Part shown: positions 17,652 through 25,543 of the stretch, in pieces | Layout: each line of letters starts with the position of its first letter | Position numbering within the stretch: position 1 is the stretch's first letter | NCBI GenBank assembly: GCA_048941265.1 | Contig: JBHLNT010000052.1 | Coordinates: 1 to 25,652, forward strand | Source of the DNA: Promethearchaeota archaeon | GTDB taxonomy: Archaea; Asgardarchaeota; Lokiarchaeia; Sigyniarchaeales; SOKP01 | Length of the DNA stretch: 25,652 nucleotides | Reading direction: 5' to 3' | The notes under the pieces: model-generated | Seen by the model: only the letters and a program-made list of their open reading frames with translations | The model's database searches: none | What the model was told of the DNA's origin: nothing | Program-made: the position numbers and the translations under genes

Positions 17652-19481
17652 ATGACAAAAGAAAGAATATTATCATATTCCATCATGCTTTTAGTTGTAT
17701 TTGGATGTCTATATCTATGCTCTTTAATAAATACAACTAATTTTGACTATAACAATGAAAACAATTCTAATCAAAATATAGTTATTAAAGAAAGTGCTGA
17801 AAATATCCCCCTTGAATATAATCAGGAACTAGATCTCAACGGTACATTTGTTTATAATGTAACTCAGTTCGAAGGGCCATTATGGTGGTGGTCGTTTGAT
17901 GGTAATAAAGGATTTTTTAATTCAAGTTCAGGAAATAAAATACTTGTTAATTTTACAGGATTTTACGATAAACACGCTTTTGATGGTTCATGTTTTTCTG
18001 AACCGGTACCCTATATTAATATTACATTCGTAAATAATAGAACTCTGTGTAATGTTTCTAACACTGAAGCAGCCGATGCCATGGGGATAGGTTATAATAA
18101 TTTTGATTCAGGATTTTTAATTCCTACAAACAATATGACTAAATTAAAAGAGTTAGCAACGATAGAAAGTTCTGGTCTTTGGTCAAATGGCATTGTTACA
18201 ATTGAAGAATCCTATAATTTTATCTATATTAGCTATGAACAAACAGATGGACCTCAAAAGACTTATATGATTTATGAAAGGTCAAGTGGATTGTTAATAT
18301 GGGCAAAAACGTTTATTTTCGGCTTTAAAATGGAAATTTATTCCCTAAATTATACATTTGATTATAGTTTAACATATAATTATACTGTAAATGACTTTAC
18401 TGGACCATTAGAGTGGAGCTCTTTTGATGGTCCTAAAGGCTATATAAATTCAAGTGCAGGGAATCATATTCTTGTTAATTTCACAGGATATTACGATAAA
18501 CATGCTTTTGATGGCTCTTGTTTTTCTGAGCCGATCCCTTATATTAATATTACATTTGTAAATAATAGAACTATGTATAACGTTTCTAACACAGAAGCAG
18601 CCGATGCTATGTTTATAGGTTATAATAATTTTGATTCGGGATTTCTAATTCCTACGGACAATATAACTAAATTAAAAGAGTTAGCAACGATTGAAAGTTT
18701 TGGCTTGACGAATGGAATTGTTTCCATTGAAGAGACGATGTTAACTATTAAATTTACGTACGATCAAATCGATGGAGATCAATTTACATCCCTAATATAT
18801 GATATAAGAACTGGATTATTACTTTGGGTCCATACTGAAACTAATAATTATGTACTTGAATTGACTATAAATGGAATCACACCAGGAGAATATACTATAG
18901 GAATATCAAATCCATCGGCTAAAAATGATTATGATGAGGTAAAAGTAATTAAAAAAACCGAAATATCAGAAGATTCTTTAATATTATTTACAAGTATAGC
19001 TAGTATAGTTGCTACTATTACTACCGTATTGGCTCTATATGCGTCCAAGATTAAGAATTTAAGACCAAAATTCATATTGATCGGAATTATCGGTGTTGCG
19101 TGTTTTACAGGGCTTATAACTTATAGCTATGGGTTAATTCCCTTTCCAACAACGTTGCAAGAAAAAAGTGGCAAAGAAGTAGAAGATATAACTTTAATAG
19201 TAGACTATGGGGATGGGAACATAAAAAAATGGGAAGATATATCTATTGATGGGGATGACGCTACTGTATTTGAAGTTTTAAAAGAATACTGTGAAGTAGA
19301 ATATGAGGATTATGGTGATAAGGGGGTATTAGTAACATCTATAGATGGGTATAAAAATGGGGAACATAACTGGTTTTATGGTGTAAATGGTGAGAAAATT
19401 GGCTATAGCTGTTCTAAATATGAATTAGAAGATGGTGACGTAATTAATTGGGTATACAGTGATGATTACTCACCCCCATAG
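17652..19481 (+). CDS. Membrane-anchored surface glycoprotein with two tandem ~176-aa repeats and a C-terminal DUF4430 (transcobalamin-C-like) domain
   Basis: N-terminal TM/signal; duplicated domain rich in N-x-S/T sequons; TM hairpin; then ITLIVDYGDG...TVFEVL...YEDYG..G.LVTSIDG....NWFYGVNG.....S.Y.LEDGD.INW.Y. Confidence 0.8.
   Translation: MTKERILSYSIMLLVVFGCLYLCSLINTTNFDYNNENNSNQNIVIKESAENIPLEYNQELDLNGTFVYNVTQFEGPLWWWSFDGNKGFFNSSSGNKILVNFTGFYDKHAFDGSCFSEPVPYINITFVNNRTLCNVSNTEAADAMGIGYNNFDSGFLIPTNNMTKLKELATIESSGLWSNGIVTIEESYNFIYISYEQTDGPQKTYMIYERSSGLLIWAKTFIFGFKMEIYSLNYTFDYSLTYNYTVNDFTGPLEWSSFDGPKGYINSSAGNHILVNFTGYYDKHAFDGSCFSEPIPYINITFVNNRTMYNVSNTEAADAMFIGYNNFDSGFLIPTDNITKLKELATIESFGLTNGIVSIEETMLTIKFTYDQIDGDQFTSLIYDIRTGLLLWVHTETNNYVLELTINGITPGEYTIGISNPSAKNDYDEVKVIKKTEISEDSLILFTSIASIVATITTVLALYASKIKNLRPKFILIGIIGVACFTGLITYSYGLIPFPTTLQEKSGKEVEDITLIVDYGDGNIKKWEDISIDGDDATVFEVLKEYCEVEYEDYGDKGVLVTSIDGYKNGEHNWFYGVNGEKIGYSCSKYELEDGDVINWVYSDDYSPP
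17850..18700 (+). repeat. Intragenic tandem duplication, period 528 nt (176 aa)
   Basis: TACGATAAACA at 17964 and 18492. Peptide ILVNFTG.YDKHAFDGSCFSEP.PYINITFVNNRT..NVSNTEAADAM.IGYNNFDSGFLIPT.N.TKLKELATIES occurs twice. Boundaries approximate. Confidence 0.92.
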
Positions 19482-19500
19482 ATAAAACAATTTTTTTTCT

Positions 19501-19908
19501 TTATGCCGTGGGAATTTGTTTTAATACAGGTTCCATTATTTCAAAAGCTTTTTTTAGCTTATGCACGTAATATCCAAGTTTAAAAGCTTTTTTACAGCTT
19601 GAGAAGAGCATATAATTATTATCTGCTGCTCCTACTAAAATAATAGTATATCCTTTTGTACCTCTTATTACGATTTCCTGCAATTCACCCTGATCTAAAC
19701 CTTGGCTTATTTTTTGCCCTAAGGAAATTAAAGTAGCGGGACTAGCACTATATATATCTGCAACAACATCAGCAGTTTCAGAACTCGCAATTCTTAAACC
19801 TGTTTTTGAAACGATTGCTGTTGCTTCTAAATCTGTGCTACCCTCAATTGTTTCAAGAAGACGCATTAAATCATCAAGTATTTGTTGGTCAATTTTAACT
19901 TCCATCAT
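19501..19908 (-). CDS. Roadblock/LC7 (MglB-like) domain protein
   Basis: 135 aa; L...E..TDLEATAIVSKTGLRIAS...SA..ATLISLG.K....L..GELQEIVIRGTKGYTII......LGY. Confidence 0.88.
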   Translation of the reverse strand: MMEVKIDQQILDDLMRLLETIEGSTDLEATAIVSKTGLRIASSETADVVADIYSASPATLISLGQKISQGLDQGELQEIVIRGTKGYTIILVGAADNNYMLFSSCKKAFKLGYYVHKLKKAFEIMEPVLKQIPTA

Positions 19909-19970
19909 TTTTCATCCAAACCTTGTTATTAATAAAAGGAAACTTAATTATATTATAAATGATTAAGAAT

Positions 19971-21383
19971 TTATATTTTTAGTCGGTTTTTTAAATGGAA
20001 ACTTCTTAATTCTTTTAAAACCACTGGATCGCCTTTCTTTACCAAAAGATCCTTACTTTCAACTCCTACGATTACAGCTCCTTTGGTTCCAAAAGTGTCT
20101 AAGATTTTCGTAAAAGGTGGTTCTAGTGATCTTCCCACAATTTTTTTTGCACCAGCGGCAGATTGAGCGAGTCCTATACAAATTAAATCTTTTTGAATTT
20201 TTCCCTTTTTTATTTTGAATTTATGAAGTAAAGGGGGTTTTTTATGAATTTCTATTAATTGTGCAGATCCTAAGATCCTAAGCGTTGTTGGAGGCAAATC
20301 TAAACGACTTAGCAGCATAATTGATTTTCCCTTATTGATTAAAACTTTCATATTTAACCACAATACTGCTTTAAACTCAATATCGTTTTTACCCACATTA
20401 GTTTGAATCTTTTTTTTGTCCAATTCATAATAGGGATATATTTTACCGGTCGTTGTAAACATTCCAATTGTAACATGTACTTGTGTTCCAAAATGAGTTT
20501 CAGGTTTAAATAGCTTATTTTTATTCACTTTTATTTCTAATATATCGCAATAATCAAACGCACTGGGATTATTAGTAGCAATACAGCCTCTATAAATTTT
20601 TTTAACGTCCAAGTTTTTAACATTTATCCCAACTCGATCTCCTGCCTTCGCAGAATTCACATTCTGATGAAAAATTTGAATGTTTTTAACTCTTCCTGAG
20701 GTTTTAAGAGGTAGTACTTCTAAGATATCATTAAGCTTTAGTTTACCTTTTAAAATGGTACCTGTTATGATCGCTCCCATACCTTTAATAGAAAAATGAT
20801 GGTCAATTGGGATAATGATATCTTCTCCAAAATCTCTTTCAATTTCTAAAGATTCAATGGTATTTAAAATACCGTGACGTAGCTCTTCGAAACCATCTTT
20901 TTCTTTTGCTGATACGGCAAAAATAGGGATGTTAGATCCGTAAGGGGTAGATCCAAAGAATTCTCTAGTCTTTTCAATCTCTTCTTTAATATCTCCTTGA
21001 AAAAGGTCTATTTTATTTAGAATTATGATTATGCTTTTGATTTTTAATGAGTCAATCATAATTAGGTGTTCTCCAGTCTGAACTTGAGGACCCTTATTTA
21101 TATCAATAACCAATATCGCACAATCTATTATTTCTACTGAAGAAGCACTTATTTTAATCAAATCAGCATGTCCAGGACCATCCACCAAAGTAACCAAGTA
21201 TTTATCAAGTACAAAACTAGTAAAACCTAAATCAATCGTAATTCCCCGTTCTTTACTTTGCGGATGAGCATCAATGCCAGCTGTTGAGATTATTTCAGAT
21301 AAAATTGCCACAATTGTCGTTTTACCAGAATCAATATGTCCAAATAATCCGATATGAACAGGGATTTTATCTATTATATCCAT
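19971..21383 (-). CDS. selB: Selenocysteine-specific translation elongation factor (archaeal SelB/eEFSec type)
   Basis: GHIDSGKT, ERGITIDLGF, DGPGHADL, QTGEH, NKID, SAK; domain II IDHHFSIKGMG..ITGT and GDRVG; archaeal SelB C-terminal signatures RLDLPPTTLRI, GLAQS and TFGTKG. Confidence 0.94.
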   Translation of the reverse strand: MDIIDKIPVHIGLFGHIDSGKTTIVAILSEIISTAGIDAHPQSKERGITIDLGFTSFVLDKYLVTLVDGPGHADLIKISASSVEIIDCAILVIDINKGPQVQTGEHLIMIDSLKIKSIIIILNKIDLFQGDIKEEIEKTREFFGSTPYGSNIPIFAVSAKEKDGFEELRHGILNTIESLEIERDFGEDIIIPIDHHFSIKGMGAIITGTILKGKLKLNDILEVLPLKTSGRVKNIQIFHQNVNSAKAGDRVGINVKNLDVKKIYRGCIATNNPSAFDYCDILEIKVNKNKLFKPETHFGTQVHVTIGMFTTTGKIYPYYELDKKKIQTNVGKNDIEFKAVLWLNMKVLINKGKSIMLLSRLDLPPTTLRILGSAQLIEIHKKPPLLHKFKIKKGKIQKDLICIGLAQSAAGAKKIVGRSLEPPFTKILDTFGTKGAVIVGVESKDLLVKKGDPVVLKELRSFHLKNRLKI

Positions 21384-21565
21384 GATTTATTTCATTAAAA
21401 AAAATTCAAATCAAATTGAATTGTTTTAACATATTATTTAAAAATTAAAAATTTTAACTCAAGAAAAAATATCATCAAAAACTGAACTCCAATAAATTTA
21501 ATTAAGGTTATTATAATTTTGATCATAACATAACTTTTTAGTAAAATACTGAGTGTGAATTATAT

Positions 21566-22447
21566 ATGGTCAAATATTGTGTATATTGTGGTAAACCTGT
21601 AAAAGAATCCGATAAATTTTGTATACACTGTGGAAAACCCCGACTTACTAGCCTCCCAAAAACCGAAATGAAACTCGAGGAACCAATCATAGAGGAGCCG
21701 AAAAAAGTTGAACCAGAAATTAAGGAAGCTAAAAAAGATAAAGAAAAAGAAGAAAAAGGTGAAGCTGAGCCAATGAAAGAAGAGGATTTAGAAGTAGAAG
21801 AGGAAAAGGAAAGAGAGGCAAAACCACTTCCAGATGAAGTAAAACAACAAATAGATTATTATCTTGAACTTAATGATATTCGATTAAAAAAAATAACTTT
21901 AGCTGATAAATTGAATGATTTACAAAAACAATTAAAAAGTACCAGATACGAGACTGACTTTGATTTTGGCGAGCAAATTGATGTTCAACTAAAAGCAGTC
22001 AAAACTGTGATGGATGAATTAAAGCAACAAGAAGATCAGGTTAAAGAAAAAATGACTGATAAGTTTATCGTAGAAAAATTGGACTACGACATCGATACAA
22101 AGCGAGATCAACTTAAAAATTTAATAAGAGAGCATAAATTAAAAAAAATTAAGGATAAGGATGTTGTAAAAAGACTAAAAGAGAAATACAAAAACCAGCT
22201 TGAAACATTCATAGAGGAAAAAGCGGACTTAATAGCAGGGATACAATTATGGATTGATGATTTACGAGAAGAAAAAGTTGAGTTAAATACCGAAAGAAAA
22301 TTTAATAAAGCGAGGTTTTCTTCAAAAGAAATTTCAGAAGATGAATACAAAGAAAAAGACAGTGACTTTGAAATTCAAATTAAGAAATTAGAAAGCAAAA
22401 TTAAAACTTTAGAAAACCTGACTGAGAAAAAAAAAAATAAAGAATAA
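21566..22447 (+). CDS. Zinc-ribbon protein with acidic linker and CdvA-like coiled-coil C-terminal region
   Basis: YCVYCG...FCIHCG ribbon; E/K/P-rich linker; long heptad helices ending ARFSSKEISEDEYKE. Confidence 0.7.
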   Translation: MVKYCVYCGKPVKESDKFCIHCGKPRLTSLPKTEMKLEEPIIEEPKKVEPEIKEAKKDKEKEEKGEAEPMKEEDLEVEEEKEREAKPLPDEVKQQIDYYLELNDIRLKKITLADKLNDLQKQLKSTRYETDFDFGEQIDVQLKAVKTVMDELKQQEDQVKEKMTDKFIVEKLDYDIDTKRDQLKNLIREHKLKKIKDKDVVKRLKEKYKNQLETFIEEKADLIAGIQLWIDDLREEKVELNTERKFNKARFSSKEISEDEYKEKDSDFEIQIKKLESKIKTLENLTEKKKNKE

Positions 22448-22484
22448 TTTTATTTGGATTCAAAAATTTTAAATTTTGATAAGA

Positions 22485-22610
22485 ATGAGAAAGAAATTAA
22501 TTGCGGTTATGATTTTAATCATTGCTTTAAGTTTATTAACCATGGGGATAATTGAGGGGCAAATTTATCTTATAGCGCCTTTTTATGAAGAAATGGCCCA
22601 AATAGACTAA
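22485..22610 (+). CDS. Small single-TM membrane protein (41 aa), not in the ORF track
   Basis: MRKKLIAVMILIIALSLLTMGIIEGQIYLIAPFYEEMAQID-stop; basic N-terminus plus hydrophobic helix; fills the gap between convergent genes. Confidence 0.55.
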   Translation: MRKKLIAVMILIIALSLLTMGIIEGQIYLIAPFYEEMAQID

Positions 22611-22653
22611 AAATTAGCTTATATCTTATTTTCCGTTTATGACTAAATATGAT

Positions 22654-22962
22654 TTAATAATCCCATTTTCCTTTTTTGCCAGCATGAGAATTGTCAAGAA
22701 ATCCTTTTTGCTGATATAACTTTTCTTCAGATTTTCTCACTTTATTGACAGCTTTATAGTGATTTTTACAGAGATAAATTTTATGTTTTTTATTTTCATC
22801 AACCTTCAGTTTTACTTTTTCGACAAACTTCAACCATTTATTTTCACTAAGAGACCGAATAGCAGGTTCTCCACATTCTTTTACAGAACATGGTTTTGTT
22901 TTACTTGCTTTTCCACTAAGATCTTTCTTCTCTCTAAGTTCTTTTGGGAGTTTCATTTTCAA
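22654..22962 (-). CDS. Small basic zinc-finger protein (CxxxxC...CxxH), conserved archaeal hypothetical type
   Basis: CSVKECGEPAIRSLS...IYLCKNHYK; Lys-rich. Start TTG 22962 or ATG 22956. Confidence 0.75.
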   Translation of the reverse strand: MKMKLPKELREKKDLSGKASKTKPCSVKECGEPAIRSLSENKWLKFVEKVKLKVDENKKHKIYLCKNHYKAVNKVRKSEEKLYQQKGFLDNSHAGKKGKWDY

Positions 22963-23041
22963 AATTAACTAAAAATTTTATTACAAATAGAACATTTATG
23001 ATTTTAAAATCGTTTATGTCTTAAAATTTTTTCTAAAGCTA

Positions 23042-23752
23042 ATGGATAATCTAGACTTAATATTCAAGGAAGATTTAATAAGAAACAAACTTTATCTCTA
23101 TGATTCCTCAGAAAGAACTATTATCAAGGATGAATTTTTTACTCCATCAGCAGTTTTATTTTCGATAATTCCGCATGTAGATAAACCTTATGAATTGGTG
23201 GTTATTCACCGCACTGATAAAGGAGTAAAACATCGGGGTGAGATGTCATTTCCGGGTGGGAAAATAGATCCTCAAGATAATTCTTTAATGGATACTGCCT
23301 TAAGAGAAACTGAAGAAGAAATAGGTGTCCCAAGAGAGAACATAAGAATTATAGGGTGCCTCCATGATTTTCCAACCATGAGTCAATACATAATCACTCC
23401 ATTTATCGGTATCATCAAAGAAGATCAAGTAATGAAAAGAGATGAAAGAGAGGTTCAAGCGATTGTTAAAGTACCAATCAACTTTTTTGTGAATAAAAAA
23501 CATTTCAGAGAGCAAACCTTTGAAATAGCAGGAAAGAAATTACCGGTGTTTTATTTTAATTATAGAGATAAGATCACCAATAAAACTTATACAATCTGGG
23601 GTGCTACTGCCTACATGATTGTAAACTATATTGAGCTTGTATATGGTTTAAAAATGTCTAAGCTTGGAATAAGAAGATTTAATATTCAGGAAATTAAAGA
23701 TTTAAAAGATTTTTTAAAATATAGAGATCAAATTACTGAAAAATTAAAATAG
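23042..23752 (+). CDS. Nudix hydrolase, CoA pyrophosphatase (NUDT7/Pcd1-like), copy 1
   Basis: SAVL...R....KHRGEMSFPGG motif, Nudix box TALRETEEEIG, ITPFIG, IWGATA. Confidence 0.93.
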   Translation: MDNLDLIFKEDLIRNKLYLYDSSERTIIKDEFFTPSAVLFSIIPHVDKPYELVVIHRTDKGVKHRGEMSFPGGKIDPQDNSLMDTALRETEEEIGVPRENIRIIGCLHDFPTMSQYIITPFIGIIKEDQVMKRDEREVQAIVKVPINFFVNKKHFREQTFEIAGKKLPVFYFNYRDKITNKTYTIWGATAYMIVNYIELVYGLKMSKLGIRRFNIQEIKDLKDFLKYRDQITEKLK

Positions 23753-23760
23753 GTAAAACA

Positions 23761-24435
23761 ATGGAACCTTTGAACTTCATTTTTGATGGGAATTTAATAA
23801 GAAGTAGATTAAAACATCTAAATTCGCCAGATAGATTAACTATGAGAGAAGAACCTTTTGTAAATTCAGCGATAGCCTTTTTAATCATTCCTTATAAAAA
23901 TAATCCTTATGATCTGGTTCTGATCCGTCGAACTAAGAGAGAAGATGATAAACATGCAGGAGAAATGTCTTTTCCAGGTGGAAAAGTAGATTCTCAAGAC
24001 AATTCATTAATTGATACAGCTTTTAGAGAGACAGAAGAAGAACTTGGGATCCCAAGAAAAAATATCAATTTACTAGGCTGCCTTGACGATCATTTAACGC
24101 CAAAAGGTTTCATAATAACTCCAATCGTAAGTTACATCGATAAAAATCAGGAAATGATCAAACAAGATGAGGAAGTGAAAGAAATTGTAAAGATTCCTAT
24201 AAGTTTTTTTGTGAATAAGAAAAATTATCGAGAGAGAACTTATTCTATAAAAAAAGACTTAATAGGGGTTGGAAAATTTAATTACAAGGCGCCCAATGAT
24301 AAAAAATATGTAATTTTTGGAGCAACGTCTCATATAATAGTAAATTATGTCGATACAGTTTATAATACGGGATTAATGACGCCAGGGTGCCGACGAATTA
24401 AATGTGCCGATATTAGAGATAAAATTGTTAAATAG
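23761..24435 (+). CDS. Nudix hydrolase, CoA pyrophosphatase (NUDT7/Pcd1-like), copy 2
   Basis: SAI...LIRRT....KHAGEMSFPGG, TAFRETEEELG, ITPIV, IFGATS; paralogue of the upstream gene. Confidence 0.93.
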   Translation: MEPLNFIFDGNLIRSRLKHLNSPDRLTMREEPFVNSAIAFLIIPYKNNPYDLVLIRRTKREDDKHAGEMSFPGGKVDSQDNSLIDTAFRETEEELGIPRKNINLLGCLDDHLTPKGFIITPIVSYIDKNQEMIKQDEEVKEIVKIPISFFVNKKNYRERTYSIKKDLIGVGKFNYKAPNDKKYVIFGATSHIIVNYVDTVYNTGLMTPGCRRIKCADIRDKIVK

Positions 24436-24523
24436 ATTTGACTCTTAAAAAGAACTTTTAAACTCTCTTCAGTTCAAATTAACAAAATTTTATATTATTA
24501 TCCAAAAAAAGTGAAAAATACGA

Positions 24524-24670
24524 TTGAGCAAGAAGAAAAAAAGAATATCTGAGGAAACTGAAACAGAGGAATATGGTATCGTATTAAAAAAAAGGAAAAA
24601 ATATAGGCATCGAATCTTTCCACAGAAAGGTAAGAAACCAAGAGAAACTGATGATTATAAAGTAGTTTAA
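24524..24670 (+). CDS. Small basic protein (48 aa, TTG start), not in the ORF track
   Basis: MSKKKKRISEETETEEYGIVLKKRKKYRHRIFPQKGKKPRETDDYKVV-stop; AAGTGA SD-like element upstream; purine-rich coding-like composition. Confidence 0.55.
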   Translation: MSKKKKRISEETETEEYGIVLKKRKKYRHRIFPQKGKKPRETDDYKVV

Positions 24671-24688
24671 TTTTAAAAATAAACCATA
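24643..24688 (+). repeat. 46-bp direct repeat, copy 1
   Basis: AGAAACTGATGATTATAAAGTAGTTTAATTTTAAAAATAAACCATA, identical to 25461-25506. Confidence 0.95.
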
Positions 24689-24737
24689 TATTCCTTTTTT
24701 CAATAGTTAGTAAAAATTTGTCATTGTCGATAAATTG

Positions 24738-25193
24738 TTAAGAACTCAATACCAATATTATCATTATGAGAGCGACTAGAATCCAAAACAAATAATATAT
24801 GACCTGCCACTTATGTTCTTTTAAAGTTCTATTAACAATCCATAGTGGAATGAAAGTTAAACAACCCCAAATACTAATTAAAAGAAGCGAACCTGGTATA
24901 AAAAGAAAAAGATTAAAAAGAAGAGGATTCAACCAGATAAAAATCTCAAAAACATACATTACAATCAACATAACAATAAAAAGTCTTTTTTCGCTCCAAT
25001 CTTTTTTAATAAAAATGTAAAATATTAGAATTATACCCAAATATAAAAATAGAATAAATGGCATATAAGAGATCCATTCAGCTAATCTAGCATGCCATAC
25101 AGTAATATATTCAACAATTACCCAAAAGATAAAAGAAAGGATTATATATTGTAATCCCTGTGATTTTTTAGTGAAATTTTTGGTTTCTTCCAT
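24738..25193 (-). CDS. Hypothetical multi-pass membrane protein
   Basis: 151 aa with about five hydrophobic helices; no recognised motif. Confidence 0.75.
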   Translation of the reverse strand: MEETKNFTKKSQGLQYIILSFIFWVIVEYITVWHARLAEWISYMPFILFLYLGIILIFYIFIKKDWSEKRLFIVMLIVMYVFEIFIWLNPLLFNLFLFIPGSLLLISIWGCLTFIPLWIVNRTLKEHKWQVIYYLFWILVALIMIILVLSS

Positions 25194-25209
25194 ACACTAA
25201 ATTTAAGAT

Positions 25210-25410
25210 TTAAAGATATTTTAACCTTACAATTATTGATAAAAACTTATCATTTTCTATAAAAATCACTATAAAAATCCCTATGGTGAAAAGCCGCCAC
25301 AAATGAAGATCAAACGCAGGAACATCATTCATTTGATAATAGAGCTCCGGCATCAGCAGATATAGCATGCCATAGTAAATCGCGACGACAATATCAACAA
25401 TCAGTATGAT
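25210..25410 (-). pseudogene. Possible degraded membrane-protein fragment
   Basis: Open stretch IILIVDIVVAIYYGMLYLLMPELYYQMNDVPAFDLHLWRLFTIGIFIVIF...; cut off upstream by a TAA in an A-run, with no start ahead of the first helix; higher GC than flanks. Confidence 0.4.
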
Positions 25411-25460
25411 TTTTTATACTCTTCAGAAGTCCTGCTGCTAATTTTAGACAAAAAACCTGA

Positions 25461-25506
25461 AGAAACTGATGATTATAAAGTAGTTTAATTTTAAAAATAA
25501 ACCATA
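25461..25506 (+). repeat. 46-bp direct repeat, copy 2
   Basis: Identical to 24643-24688 (offset 818 nt); ends 38 nt before tRNA-Sec. Confidence 0.95.
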
Positions 25507-25543
25507 AATTTCTTTTAACACTTTAAATTCTATTACTTAATAT

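Noticed and set aside
1526-25020. Short antisense or overlapping ORFs in the track (e.g. 1526-1723, 1683-1931, 3170-3367, 4465-4764, 7633-7914, 8210-8617, 10482-10757, 15869-16333, 22108-22350, 24799-25020)
   Set aside because: They are shadows of well-supported genes on the opposite strand, with no motifs of their own.
24643-25506. Direct repeats as a CRISPR array, SECIS or C/D-box RNA (they contain TGATGA)
   Set aside because: Only two copies 818 nt apart, no cas genes, no SECIS stem or downstream D box. The sequence is explained as an ORF 3' end.
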